64,000 nucleotides of DNA from Alphaproteobacteria bacterium (GCA_017507765.1 JAFWAG010000032.1:87569-151568), one strand, 5' to 3'. Positions 1 through 9,519 are shown, counted from the stretch's first letter. The notes: generated by a model from the sequence alone, not told the origin. Made by a program: numbers and translations.

Positions 1-1696
1 GACTTACATCAGAAGATTTCCATACCGGAGGTTCTTTTTCGTCAACCGTATAGAACTTATCTTCCAATGTCCGCTTTCTGACCGTTGACAAGCCATCGTT
101 AAACTTTTTATTCAACTTCGGATTTTCATAGTTAACGATTTTGGTGTAATTGTCATTTGCCCTGTTCAAATCGTCATAAATATCCATAAAAAGATGAATA
201 CGGTTTTGATGCATCGGGAAATACTGATAGGCAGAAACATCTGCAAGTTCTCCACCGGCCTTGGTTAAATCAACCGTGGTAAAGTTGCCTTTTTGATAAA
301 TCTGACCGATATAAGTCGGAGAACCGGTTGGATTATACGGCTCTTTCCACGGCTGAGGTATAGCTGTGTAATATTGGAGAGTATTTTCCTTCAAAGGATT
401 TTTACCGCCGGATACACTGTCAAGTTCATAATAGCCGGCGTATTCTCCGCCAACTACCGGAGCGTCCATATATATTGCTTCGGCAACACTTGAATGCCCA
501 CGAATACCGTTCCAAATAAGAGGTTTGGGCGGTAACGGAGGTTGCGGATGCGTTCCGATACACGGGCTGTCCGAACAAGAAGTATGAATGCCTGAAGTAC
601 AGCAGTAAGAACGGTAACTGTGGCAACAGGTTTCACCGTCTTCTCCGCAAGTATGATTACAACAAACATCATATTCGTGAGACTCAACATCTATTCTATC
701 AAGCTCTTTGCCGTATTCATTATGGGCTTGGTAAAAATCACCGCCTAATAACTTGGAATACGTATCTGCCGAAACATTTTGTCCGGGAGGCAAATGAGAA
801 TAATAGTCATTCTTACGCTTATTGTCGGTATAACCTCCGCTGACCGGATCGGCAGGAATGTTACACTTAATATAATGTGACTTAATGTATGCATAGTGTG
901 GAGAATACAATTCAATTTGATAGCGGGTCTGTTGATCCTTCCACGTATTACGAGTATTAAGAGGCGGAACGCCGAAGGAATGATTGTGGTAGATATCCAT
1001 CAACAACTGATAGCCGACTTTCCAGCGTTCTTTGTTATATTCCCGCATACGATATTTATAATCTGTCCCCGGTTGTTCCGGATATCGTTTATCCCATTCT
1101 TTGGAAGTTTTCGGAATCTGCGGCATATCATTAGGTATCTGATCCGTAGTCGGGTTATAAAGAGCTTTTACTCTATCCAACGAAGTGGTTTCTCGATAAA
1201 TACCCCACCATTTAGCATTTTCCGGATCAGCTTTATAGGAAGCGGCAAGATTTTTATAATTACCCAAAATCTGCGGCACAATTTCTTTTTCCCATTTCTG
1301 ACCGCCGTTTGAAGGGAATAAAGCACCTATCATCTGTTGGTTACAGCTGTATGCCATATTATAAAGCTGGGTATAACTTTCTTTAATTCTTTGTGCCTTC
1401 CGGATATTATTCTGATATTCGGCTCTTTTTTCCAACATATCAACACGGCGATTGTGTTCTTCAATCAGATAGTCAACCGCTCTTTCGGCTTCTGCCAAAC
1501 GTGGAGAAAGCTCTACTTCCGGAACGCTTTTGCGAGTTACAATATTGCCGGATTTACTCTTGTCGGTTTGACTGTATCCTGCCTCATAAAGAGTCCCGTT
1601 ACTCGAAATGTCCTTTGCCTCTGACGTTACTGCATATAATCCGCCGGTAACGAAGGCTCCCATGATAAAAATCTTTAATATACGGCTGTCTATCAT
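1..1696 (-). CDS. Partial secreted cysteine-rich protein of unknown function (C-terminus beyond the window edge). It is the last visible gene of the virB2-B3-B4 operon.
   Basis: It is absent from the ORF track because it runs off the window. ATG at 1696-1694 has GGAG (1707-1704) 7 nt upstream and lies 18 nt after the stop of the 1715-2857 gene. I checked every codon of this frame (plus-strand triplets starting at 2,5,8,...) and found no stop down to position 2, giving at least 565 aa. The N-terminus MIDSRILKIFIMGAFVTGGLYAVTSEA is signal-like. A cluster of 9 Cys in 35 aa (CCNHTCGEDGETCCHSYRSYCCTSGIHTSCSDSPC, coords 560-664) is followed by a proline-rich stretch PQPPLPPKP. Confidence 0.7.
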   Translation of the reverse strand, partial: MIDSRILKIFIMGAFVTGGLYAVTSEAKDISSNGTLYEAGYSQTDKSKSGNIVTRKSVPEVELSPRLAEAERAVDYLIEEHNRRVDMLEKRAEYQNNIRKAQRIKESYTQLYNMAYSCNQQMIGALFPSNGGQKWEKEIVPQILGNYKNLAASYKADPENAKWWGIYRETTSLDRVKALYNPTTDQIPNDMPQIPKTSKEWDKRYPEQPGTDYKYRMREYNKERWKVGYQLLMDIYHNHSFGVPPLNTRNTWKDQQTRYQIELYSPHYAYIKSHYIKCNIPADPVSGGYTDNKRKNDYYSHLPPGQNVSADTYSKLLGGDFYQAHNEYGKELDRIDVESHEYDVCCNHTCGEDGETCCHSYRSYCCTSGIHTSCSDSPCIGTHPQPPLPPKPLIWNGIRGHSSVAEAIYMDAPVVGGEYAGYYELDSVSGGKNPLKENTLQYYTAIPQPWKEPYNPTGSPTYIGQIYQKGNFTTVDLTKAGGELADVSAYQYFPMHQNRIHLFMDIYDDLNRANDNYTKIVNYENPKLNKKFNDGLSTVRKRTLEDKFYTVDEKEPPVWKSSDVS

Positions 1697-1714
1697 GATA
1701 TTTCTCCACGACTT

Positions 1715-2857
1715 CTATTTATTTTCTTCGGCTTTTTTGCGTTCTTCTTCCGCTCTGCGGGCATCAAGAATCTTCTGATTATGCAGAGCTTTGCCTATCG
1801 GGCCGATTAACTTATCACTGTCCAAAGCTTTTTCGCCGCTTTGAGCCGGAAGACCGCTGTTAACCATTGTGGCGACCAAGAACTTAAGCTTAGCGGCTAA
1901 AACCTGCTGATAAACCGAAAGAAGCTGGCTGAACGTATGGCGGGCAATAAAGTTAGACTTTATCGTGCCGTTCAAGTCCATATCTTTACCGATGAAGCTT
2001 TCATCTTTGCCTTTAAATCTTTGCTCGACCGGGTCATAGGTAAAATCGCCAACCAAAGTACTCATCAAATTAGGCTCTTTCTTTTCAAAACCATCTTCGG
2101 CATTCGGATAGCCAAGAATGTCTAAGACCTCTGCCATACGGATTTCTACATAGCTGACGGTATCCAAAGCTTCGATTATACTTTCCTGAAGATAAGATGT
2201 CCGCCGTTTACGCATAATCGTATCATCGTTAACTCTGCCAAAGCCAACCCTTAAAAGAACTTTATCTTCAAACCATGCGGCAATCTCTAATGGCGTTCCT
2301 TCTCTGGTTATACCACGCTTTTCCCGAAACTCTTTCATCATGTCGAACTCTATCGGGGTGATTTCATATTCTTCCATTGCGGTATAGTCTTCCGAAGGAT
2401 TGAATAAAATCTGCCGAATACCTGGGCGTTTATTAGAGTTATCTTGCGGCAAAAACCATAAAATACCACTGGGGCGGGTGTTGTCTTCTCCTGGATACTG
2501 CGTTTTACCGGCTTTTTCCATTTCTTTGATAATATCGGTCGGAAGACGGTAAGAAAGTGCAACATTCTTTAAGTTTTCCAGACTGTGATACGGTGCTGTC
2601 GGAAGATACTTCTCATCACTGACCTTATTTTTAATATTACCAAATTGGTCGCTGTCTTTAAGCTGGAAAATAGATTTATCAACATCATACAAAGCATAAG
2701 AAGCTCCGTCATGAATGGGCATGGCGTCCAAAGAATACATGATGCCGGAAGCATATGCTTCCGGAGTTACGGAACCAAGCTGAAGCGAAAAAGCCAAAGC
2801 ATTACCGGCAAAGGCAACAGAAAATATAACGGCAGATGCAATACATTTCATAATCAT
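1715..2857 (-). CDS. Hypothetical secreted protein (T4SS-operon associated)
   Basis: 380-aa ORF with an N-terminal signal peptide (MIMKCIASAVIFSVAFAGNALA). Its start overlaps the upstream stop (ATGA at 2854-2857). It has a Lys/Glu-rich C-terminal tail. I recognised no family. Confidence 0.6.
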   Translation of the reverse strand: MIMKCIASAVIFSVAFAGNALAFSLQLGSVTPEAYASGIMYSLDAMPIHDGASYALYDVDKSIFQLKDSDQFGNIKNKVSDEKYLPTAPYHSLENLKNVALSYRLPTDIIKEMEKAGKTQYPGEDNTRPSGILWFLPQDNSNKRPGIRQILFNPSEDYTAMEEYEITPIEFDMMKEFREKRGITREGTPLEIAAWFEDKVLLRVGFGRVNDDTIMRKRRTSYLQESIIEALDTVSYVEIRMAEVLDILGYPNAEDGFEKKEPNLMSTLVGDFTYDPVEQRFKGKDESFIGKDMDLNGTIKSNFIARHTFSQLLSVYQQVLAAKLKFLVATMVNSGLPAQSGEKALDSDKLIGPIGKALHNQKILDARRAEEERKKAEENK

Positions 2858-4209
2858 GGCGCCACCTCATTATTTGCATCAAATAAAGGCATCAACCATT
2901 TTTTATCTTCGTTGGACAAGGTGCCTCCCCATATCTTATCGTAATCGGTATTAAGCCAGAACTTTTCATTATGAGATAAAGTTTGAAGCATAACTTCCAT
3001 TTCCAACTGGGAAGCCGTAAGCATAATCAAAGAAGCTATTTCCAAATCAGCACGCACCCATAAAAGCGTGTTTATGGATATGGCCTGTCTGGCGTTGGTA
3101 ATTGACATTATCGGCTTTTCCGCAGCATTTGAAGCAGAGCTTTCCGCAATCTTTCCTCCGTCTGCGCTTTCCGTATTTTGTCCTAAAACTCCCCATAAAC
3201 TATTCAAAAGATCGCCGACAAACTTATTCGCTCCGCTCCAAACTTCGTTGGCAACTGCCCAAGGATTCAAACCGCCGTCATCTGATTTGACAATGATTTT
3301 ATCCCCATATAAATACCGATCGATACCGTCCGCATTGCTTCGCTCGGCAAGATAGGTGCGAACATACATTCCGAAAAGATAGTTTCTTAACGCCGCATCT
3401 TTGACCATGTAAAGACGGTATAAATCTATGGTTGCTTTACGCTCCGGCGTTACTTTTAAACGTTCGTCTTCCTTAACATGAATAAAAAAGTTTTTCTTAT
3501 ACCTTGGAGCGACATCAAAGACTTCCGCAACTTCATAGCGGTTAGCATCTGCCTTTATAAGTTCCGGTACCGGACGCTTTAAAACACTTTGATAAAGGCT
3601 GACAAGTTTTTCTTTGGTAACTTTTGGCTCTTCTTCCTTTTTGTTGCCGTAATAATCTACATTTTCCGGCAACTTCGCAGCCATGGCTTGAAGTTCACGG
3701 TTCAGTTCTTCCAGTTTTTCTAAGCCTGCGGTCTGGAGTTCTTCAATCTGGCGGCTGAACGGTGTGTTGGTATTCTGGCTTTCATAAAAAAGCCTAAAGT
3801 TCTGGTTTTCTTTAATGTCCAAAAGCTTGCGGTTGCGGGTTTGGAAGTACATCTGAGCCCGCATAATCGTATCAAAATCTTTTAAGGTTTCGATTAAGCG
3901 GTCTTTTTCATAAGTAATATAGGTATCACCCAAAGAACTACGGAGTTTTCGGCTGTCAGACACCTGTTGCATAAGGCTTTTTTGGATATCTAATTCGTGT
4001 TGTTGAATCTCTCTTTCAACTTCAACCAATTCCATATCAGGAATGGCGGAATCTAATTCTTTATAGGTAAGGTGGTTTACCAAAAAGCCAAAAGCCGATG
4101 CGGAAGACACTGCACCAAAAAAGGCACAGAAGCCAACCAACATCGCCCCACAAATACGTTTATATAGGCGAAAATTATTCAAAACAGCAATTGAAGTATG
4201 TTTTATCAT
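2854..4209 (-). CDS. Hypothetical signal-anchored or secreted coiled-coil protein (T4SS-operon associated)
   Basis: 451-aa ORF with an N-terminal hydrophobic segment (ICGAMLVGFCAFFGAVSSASA). TAATG overlap with the upstream gene at 4209. Long charged, coiled-coil-like middle. The C-terminal VRADLEIASLIMLTASQLE weakly resembles the C-terminal motif of the two VirB5-like genes. Confidence 0.6.
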   Translation of the reverse strand: MIKHTSIAVLNNFRLYKRICGAMLVGFCAFFGAVSSASAFGFLVNHLTYKELDSAIPDMELVEVEREIQQHELDIQKSLMQQVSDSRKLRSSLGDTYITYEKDRLIETLKDFDTIMRAQMYFQTRNRKLLDIKENQNFRLFYESQNTNTPFSRQIEELQTAGLEKLEELNRELQAMAAKLPENVDYYGNKKEEEPKVTKEKLVSLYQSVLKRPVPELIKADANRYEVAEVFDVAPRYKKNFFIHVKEDERLKVTPERKATIDLYRLYMVKDAALRNYLFGMYVRTYLAERSNADGIDRYLYGDKIIVKSDDGGLNPWAVANEVWSGANKFVGDLLNSLWGVLGQNTESADGGKIAESSASNAAEKPIMSITNARQAISINTLLWVRADLEIASLIMLTASQLEMEVMLQTLSHNEKFWLNTDYDKIWGGTLSNEDKKWLMPLFDANNEVAP

Positions 4210-5111
4210 TACTTTTCGTCCTTGTTTGTTTTAAGCACCCCATCAACACCTTGAACTGCGCCAATCTTGGTGGTAGCTCCAATCTCGCTGATTACGCCCT
4301 GTATCGCATTTATCTGTCCAAGCTGATAAATAATCTGCGAATTCATGGCGATAATCAGATGAATGTCTTCACGAATGTTTTTGGGATTCATATCTTTGAT
4401 TAAATCATTCATTGCCTTAGGAACGGTTTCATCAAAAATCTCGGCACTGCGACGGGCAACAACCGCAATCCCGTATCCTTGCGCCAAGGCATTGTGCATG
4501 GCTACTTCAAAGTGAAGCTCAGAGGTATTTAAAGATTTTGTGTTCTTATAGTTGCTGGTCATGTTTTCTTCCACCCATTTTTGGAAGTCAGCTTCGGTAC
4601 CGGGTGTAACAGCTTTCATTTCTCCGTCAGGGAACATTTTTTCTTCACCATTTTCGGGATCGGCAAAAAGGTATTCCAAAACGTTAAGCTCTGCCAAAGA
4701 GTTAAAAATTATCGGCTTATAGTTCGTTTCAACAATATCTTTACAAGCTTCGTTTTCGCCCAAAATACAGGTGATATGTTCAGTGGCTATGGTATCGCCC
4801 ATACTCCCATAAGGACCAAGGATTTTATTTACTTCTTGTATCTGGGCGGCGTAATTAAGAAGGTCGGAATCTTTATCTTTTGGGTCTTTTAAAAGCCAAT
4901 CTTTTTCCAAATCGGTTTTATAGTCGCTCATAAGAGTTTTTAAATCCGGCGAACCATTACGAACATAGTCAAGATACTGAGCCATTTCTTCGTTTTTCAT
5001 CATCTGGCGCCGGACAATATTATAAATATCCACAACCGAATTGGCTGAGGCATCAAACGGCAAGGCGGCAAAAAGGCCTAAAAATAATAAGAATATCCGG
5101 AAATGTATCAT
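4209..5111 (-). CDS. VirB5/TrbJ-like secreted protein, paralog 2
   Basis: 300 aa with a signal peptide (LFLGLFAALPFDASA). The mature N-terminus SVVDIYNIV and the C-terminal IREDIHLIIAMNSQIIYQLGQINA align by eye with the neighbouring 235-aa protein. It lies 18 nt downstream of that gene. Confidence 0.5.
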   Translation of the reverse strand: MIHFRIFLLFLGLFAALPFDASANSVVDIYNIVRRQMMKNEEMAQYLDYVRNGSPDLKTLMSDYKTDLEKDWLLKDPKDKDSDLLNYAAQIQEVNKILGPYGSMGDTIATEHITCILGENEACKDIVETNYKPIIFNSLAELNVLEYLFADPENGEEKMFPDGEMKAVTPGTEADFQKWVEENMTSNYKNTKSLNTSELHFEVAMHNALAQGYGIAVVARRSAEIFDETVPKAMNDLIKDMNPKNIREDIHLIIAMNSQIIYQLGQINAIQGVISEIGATTKIGAVQGVDGVLKTNKDEK

Positions 5112-5129
5112 GTATCCTCCTTCGGGAGC

Positions 5130-5837
5130 TTAGAACGAAAGCCCTAAAAGAGCATTAGCGGCGATAATTTCCAGCTCGGAAGCCGCAGCTGCGGTTAAAG
5201 TACCAAGCTGACCAACAATCTCTGCCATCGCCGCATTTTCGATTGCCAAATCGTTGCGGATACTGGTGCTGTTAGCTGAACTGGTACGCAATTGCTTTAA
5301 AAAATCTGCCGTTCCCGCCGCCTTCATACGCGCCGCATACGCTATCGAATAGCCTTCGATAACGGCACGGCGACCTAAGATAAGCTGACGGTTACGAACT
5401 CGGTTGTATTCGGCAAGCGAAAGCTCTTTTTGCTTTACCGGATCAACCAAGATATCATCAGACAAAACCGCTTCTATCGCCAAAGGCGTGGTAAGAAATG
5501 TCGGGTTTACGTGGGTAAGCCCCATCTTATGCACAACCTGAGGCGTTATCAAATCCTTCGGATATTTAATACCGGTGAATAAAAGGCTGTCCGGAACAGC
5601 TAAGTCCGGATCGCCTACGGTATTCATTAAACGATTTATGTATGTGGTTACACTTTGAGTTTCAGTCAATAACTCATTAACCAGACGGTTCTTTTCCGCC
5701 ATGGTCGCATTAAGCTGAACGTCAACAACCGGAACTTGGGCAAATGAAGATGAAGAAAAAAGGAATCCTATGCCCAAAAGAGAATAACAAAGCGCTTTGC
5801 ATTTTAAAATACGCATGACAACCTCCGCGCCAGACAA
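5130..5837 (-). CDS. VirB5/TrbJ-like secreted protein, paralog 1
   Basis: 235 aa with a signal peptide ending SSSSFA. The mature N-terminus QVPVVDVQLNA resembles TrbJ/VirB5 N-termini. It sits directly after virB4, as in trbE-trbJ and virB4-virB5. An alternative start Met is at 5816. Confidence 0.55.
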   Translation of the reverse strand: MSGAEVVMRILKCKALCYSLLGIGFLFSSSSFAQVPVVDVQLNATMAEKNRLVNELLTETQSVTTYINRLMNTVGDPDLAVPDSLLFTGIKYPKDLITPQVVHKMGLTHVNPTFLTTPLAIEAVLSDDILVDPVKQKELSLAEYNRVRNRQLILGRRAVIEGYSIAYAARMKAAGTADFLKQLRTSSANSTSIRNDLAIENAAMAEIVGQLGTLTAAAASELEIIAANALLGLSF

Positions 5838-5912
5838 GCATCTATATATACTTAATTATATAGTTTACTACAAAACAGAGGTTAACAAAACACTTTTAAT
5901 GTGTATTTTTTG

Positions 5913-8387
5913 TTACGCAACTTCCAAATACTTGTTAACGAAGGCTTCCGGACCGAATTCCCGCATCAACTGTTCTGCCAAAAGAACGTGTTTACGACCA
6001 GAAGAATAAAGCTTTAAGAATGGTCCTAAACCGCTTAAATCAACGTCAAGAATAACAGATTCACCAATTGCCGGACGAGATACCAAAATAGCATACTTTA
6101 ATTCTCGGAACTCACGGCCGAAAACAAACTCTTTCTCTCTGGGAGTCAGGCGCCAGTTATCATAGTCTTCTTCCATACCTTGAGGATTGCGGAAGAACAT
6201 GATTGTTTGACACTGACCACGAACAACTTCGCCAAGACCCAAAGAGTCAATAATGTTAGGCTGTTGGAATGCACAAAGATATGCTTGGCGTTTTTTACGA
6301 CCTTCCTGCAAACCGACAATAAAGCTGTCCCTAAACATCGGGTGCTTAAGCATAGGTGCAGTTTCGTCAATCATTATCAAGCTTGGTTCGCCGGTACGAC
6401 CGGTAAGCTCGTGAATACGGTGCATAATGTAACTGATAACTGCCGGCGCCAAAGTTTCGTCTTCAAAGATATGGGTGAAGTCAAAAGCCATAAACTTCGC
6501 CGTTAAATCCAGATTATCATTAGTGGAGTTAAAGATAAGACCATACTGTTGGTCATTAACCCAACGGAAAAGCTCTCTGCGCATTGCTCCGGTCGGGGAG
6601 AAACAGCTTTTATGCAGGTTCTTTAAAGTTCTTTCCTCCGGACGCAGATAATCAAATGCCGTGGTAACCGCGCGGCCGATTTCTTTTTCCGACTGCGCAT
6701 CGTCAACCATGGTGATAGCTTTCAACCAACGCCGCAAGAATGCTCTATTTTCCGGAGTATCAACCGTGGAAAAAGGATTCAAAGAAGTGGCGTCTTTATC
6801 GCCGTCAAAGTTAATGTAAGCTCCGCCTATGGCTTTACAGAAAACTTCCACACCACGGTGGCGGTCAAAAAAGTAAACGTGCAAATCACGGTGACGCATG
6901 GCTTGTCCCGCCAAGAATGCAAGCAAGGTAGTTTTACCCTGTCCGGTAGGACCGATAATAACACAGTGAGCAACTGCGTTTGCCGCCGCCGTAACATGGA
7001 ACTGCCAGTTATAAGCCGTGCCGCCATAAGTACGGAAAATGGTAATTGCTCCATCGCCCCAGTCGCTTTTCGCATTTCCTTCCGCCGTCTTTTCAAATGA
7101 AAGAGCCGAAGCAACAACCCGTGACAAATAACGATATGGACGAGGATAAGAATCATAGCCGGGGAACTGCGCAAAGAATGATGCTTCCGAAACCCAACCT
7201 TCACGAACCGGTGTAACACTGTAAAGACGGCAAATCCTTTCCACTTCCGACTGACCAAAGGCGATTTCTTCGTCCGTGTCGCCGTAAATAAATATCGTCA
7301 TTGCATACATACACAGCGTTTGATAATTGGCATCGGAACTATCCAAACTTTCCAAAGCTTCCGTATATTGCTCGATAGTCGAAGGCGAAAAACTGGTAAC
7401 TCTTGCCATACGTCTTTGCTGCATCAAAAGACCAACCGCTTTGGTTTTGGGAATGGAATAAAAATTATGCAGCAGGTTCAATTCAACGTCTACGGACAAC
7501 AAGTCGGCAATCATCTGTTCGTCCATATAGTCTCCCGAAGAACGGATACCCATAACAATACATTTCTTATAACGGTCGCCGGCAATAAAGTTAATTACCC
7601 CTCTTTCACCGGTAAAATGGATATAGTCCGTGGTCAAAAGAGAGTTTAAGTCATCGCCTTCGGTTTTGCCGATTTTGGGAACCGGACGGGTTAAAGGACT
7701 GCATAGGCGAGCAAAAAGCTTAAACGGACTCATGTTAGACGGGCTTTCTTTCGTCTCGTACATCAATGATACTTCATAGGTATCAAGAGTTGCCGTAAGG
7801 GCTTGCTCTGCTTGATCCAAATCACGCAAAGCGTCCTTATAATCCTTGATAGAAAGAATGATATAATGGTCGTTGCGGAAAACTCGGCTGAGGTTTTCTG
7901 CCCACTGAACGGCAATACGGCGCAAAACCTCATTTTCATGGTTCGCCTGTTCGGTCAACGGAACCATTTCTCGCAAAGTTACCACTCGGCAAGTTACGTT
8001 CAATTCACTTACGGAATCAACCCAACGCTGACGAGCTTCAAGTAATAATTCCCGCTGACGTGGAAGCGTAAACGCCGTATCCGCACCCTTGACATTATAA
8101 ACCCGAACCAAAGTACCGTCTTTACACTTTATGGTACACCCGTCTTCCATAAGACGGTCAAAAGGCATAAAGTCCGATACCCGAGATTCCTTCGGTTTCG
8201 GCAAAAGCTTTTCACCTATTTTGCTGATGCTTAAAATGGCAAAAGCAGCGGCGGCAACAATACCGGTTATGGCAATCACCGTCTGAGAAGTGGAAATACC
8301 ATAGGCAAAAATCTCAAAGAAATTAAAAGAATCAGGGGGCAAGTTTCGTTCCTTTACTCTTATACATGTTGTGCGATCCTCCCGCAA
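5913..8387 (-). CDS. virB4: Type IV secretion ATPase VirB4/TrbE family
   Basis: 824 aa with Walker A IIGPTGQGKTTLL, a Walker B-like LIMIDETAP, and typical VirB4 length. The N-terminal hydrophobic segment is VIAITGIVAAAAFAILSI. The ATG at 8387 overlaps virB3 by 56 nt. An in-frame TTG at 8342 would give an 11-nt overlap instead. Confidence 0.9.
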   Translation of the reverse strand: MREDRTTCIRVKERNLPPDSFNFFEIFAYGISTSQTVIAITGIVAAAAFAILSISKIGEKLLPKPKESRVSDFMPFDRLMEDGCTIKCKDGTLVRVYNVKGADTAFTLPRQRELLLEARQRWVDSVSELNVTCRVVTLREMVPLTEQANHENEVLRRIAVQWAENLSRVFRNDHYIILSIKDYKDALRDLDQAEQALTATLDTYEVSLMYETKESPSNMSPFKLFARLCSPLTRPVPKIGKTEGDDLNSLLTTDYIHFTGERGVINFIAGDRYKKCIVMGIRSSGDYMDEQMIADLLSVDVELNLLHNFYSIPKTKAVGLLMQQRRMARVTSFSPSTIEQYTEALESLDSSDANYQTLCMYAMTIFIYGDTDEEIAFGQSEVERICRLYSVTPVREGWVSEASFFAQFPGYDSYPRPYRYLSRVVASALSFEKTAEGNAKSDWGDGAITIFRTYGGTAYNWQFHVTAAANAVAHCVIIGPTGQGKTTLLAFLAGQAMRHRDLHVYFFDRHRGVEVFCKAIGGAYINFDGDKDATSLNPFSTVDTPENRAFLRRWLKAITMVDDAQSEKEIGRAVTTAFDYLRPEERTLKNLHKSCFSPTGAMRRELFRWVNDQQYGLIFNSTNDNLDLTAKFMAFDFTHIFEDETLAPAVISYIMHRIHELTGRTGEPSLIMIDETAPMLKHPMFRDSFIVGLQEGRKKRQAYLCAFQQPNIIDSLGLGEVVRGQCQTIMFFRNPQGMEEDYDNWRLTPREKEFVFGREFRELKYAILVSRPAIGESVILDVDLSGLGPFLKLYSSGRKHVLLAEQLMREFGPEAFVNKYLEVA

Positions 8388-8646
8388 ACTTACCGTAAGA
8401 TTCTAGCAATGTCGAGAGGTGAGGCTCTTTCATTCCGTAAACAACCAATATTATGTGCATGCCGACCATAGAAGGAATAAACCATAATGGAGACATTTCA
8501 AAAACACCAAGGGCGATAAACATAAACGGAAGCTGTATCCCAAAATTGGCAACTGCCGGTAAGAACGGCGCCCACAAAAGCTGGGGAGGGGAAGCTACTG
8601 CTTTTAAAATCGGCTCTCTCATCGGGATAAATCCTTTGTCCGGCAA
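8332..8646 (-). CDS. virB3: VirB3/TrbD-like small inner-membrane T4SS protein
   Basis: 104 aa with two hydrophobic segments (LLWAPFLPAVANFGIQLPFMFIALGVF, LWFIPSMVGMHIILVVYG). It lies between the pilin-like gene and virB4, which is the canonical order. Confidence 0.75.
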   Translation of the reverse strand: MPDKGFIPMREPILKAVASPPQLLWAPFLPAVANFGIQLPFMFIALGVFEMSPLWFIPSMVGMHIILVVYGMKEPHLSTLLESYGKFAGGSHNMYKSKGTKLAP

Positions 8647-8758
8647 GTTTAAAAACTCTATTTAGTTATATTATTACCTATAATATGAAAAATCCACAAA
8701 AAAAGCACTGCCGTTAATCAAAACGGCAGCACTTAATTTTTGCAACAGTACGATGCTA

Positions 8759-9103
8759 CTATTCAGTAAGCGTATCGTTAAATCCGCCGCCGTTGTAGTT
8801 GGAAGAAATGTTCTCACCGGCGAAGTAAGTAACAATCGCACCGGCAACCGCAACTACGACCAAACCAAGGGCCAAAGCTGCGAACCACTTCCACAACGGA
8901 CGACCGAAAATGGAGGCAACCGCCAAACCGACCAAGCCGAAACCGCCCATAACGAAAACAACGGTACGGATTTCACGGAAAAGCGAGAAGCCTTTGTTAA
9001 TAACAATTCCAAAAACAGAGTTTGCTTCATCAGCAAATGCCGTAGTCGATACTAAGACCAAAAATGCAGCCATAAGACCGACTTTAAGAAACTTTGTTAA
9101 CAT
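8759..9103 (-). CDS. virB2: VirB2/TrbC-like T4SS pilin
   Basis: 114 aa with a long signal peptide (LMAAFLVLVSTTAFA) followed by two hydrophobic helices. AAGGAG RBS at 9116-9111. It is the first gene of the minus-strand operon. Confidence 0.75.
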   Translation of the reverse strand: MLTKFLKVGLMAAFLVLVSTTAFADEANSVFGIVINKGFSLFREIRTVVFVMGGFGLVGLAVASIFGRPLWKWFAALALGLVVVAVAGAIVTYFAGENISSNYNGGGFNDTLTE

Positions 9104-9519
9104 CTATATTCTCCTTACTATAACAAACTTGTAATGGCGAACTTCACCATTACTCATATTTATAGAATAAGGGAGTTAATTAATTTCCGCCACGTTTTTT
9201 ATGCGCCTTAACCGATGCGAAAAAATCTAGTCTTTCTGCCCGTTTTTTAACTTTTTGAAAAATTGTAAAAAAACTTTAACATCTAAAGAAGAAAACTTTT
9301 TGCCGAAAAAGGCACTTTTTTGAAATATTTCTGTAACATTCAAGGGAAAAACACGTTCTAAGCGCCTAAATGCAAAAAAGTTGTGCATAAAAGTAAAAAA
9401 ACTCTTTACATTTTTGGCTACTTCATCTTGTATATAAAAAGCGTGAAGTCGCATATTGTAGTATACAACCTCCTATATAGTATAATGTGATGATTTCAAG
9501 CATATAATTTGTATACAAA
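9104..9519. promoter_or_regulatory. Divergent control region between the virB2 operon and the pil-side operon
   Basis: 416-bp AT-rich non-coding gap between divergent operons. Perfect TATAAT hexamers sit at 9481-9486 and 9503-9508 (plus strand). A perfect 12-bp palindrome TTTGTATACAAA at 9508-9519 abuts the GTG at 9520. A related GTATACAA lies at 9461-9468, so the two sites bracket the -10 hexamers. Confidence 0.45.

Noticed and set aside
896-1650. Plus-strand ORFs of 138, 95 and 85 aa listed in the track
   Set aside because: They lie antisense to the uninterrupted minus-strand ORF of at least 565 aa (1696 to the window edge), which has an RBS, a signal peptide and operon coupling. The plus-frame translations are Ile/Phe/Arg-rich junk.
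9227-9454. 75-aa minus-strand ORF in the divergent intergenic region
   Set aside because: Its Lys/Phe-rich low-complexity translation comes from AT-rich promoter DNA, and there is no RBS. I treat the region as regulatory.
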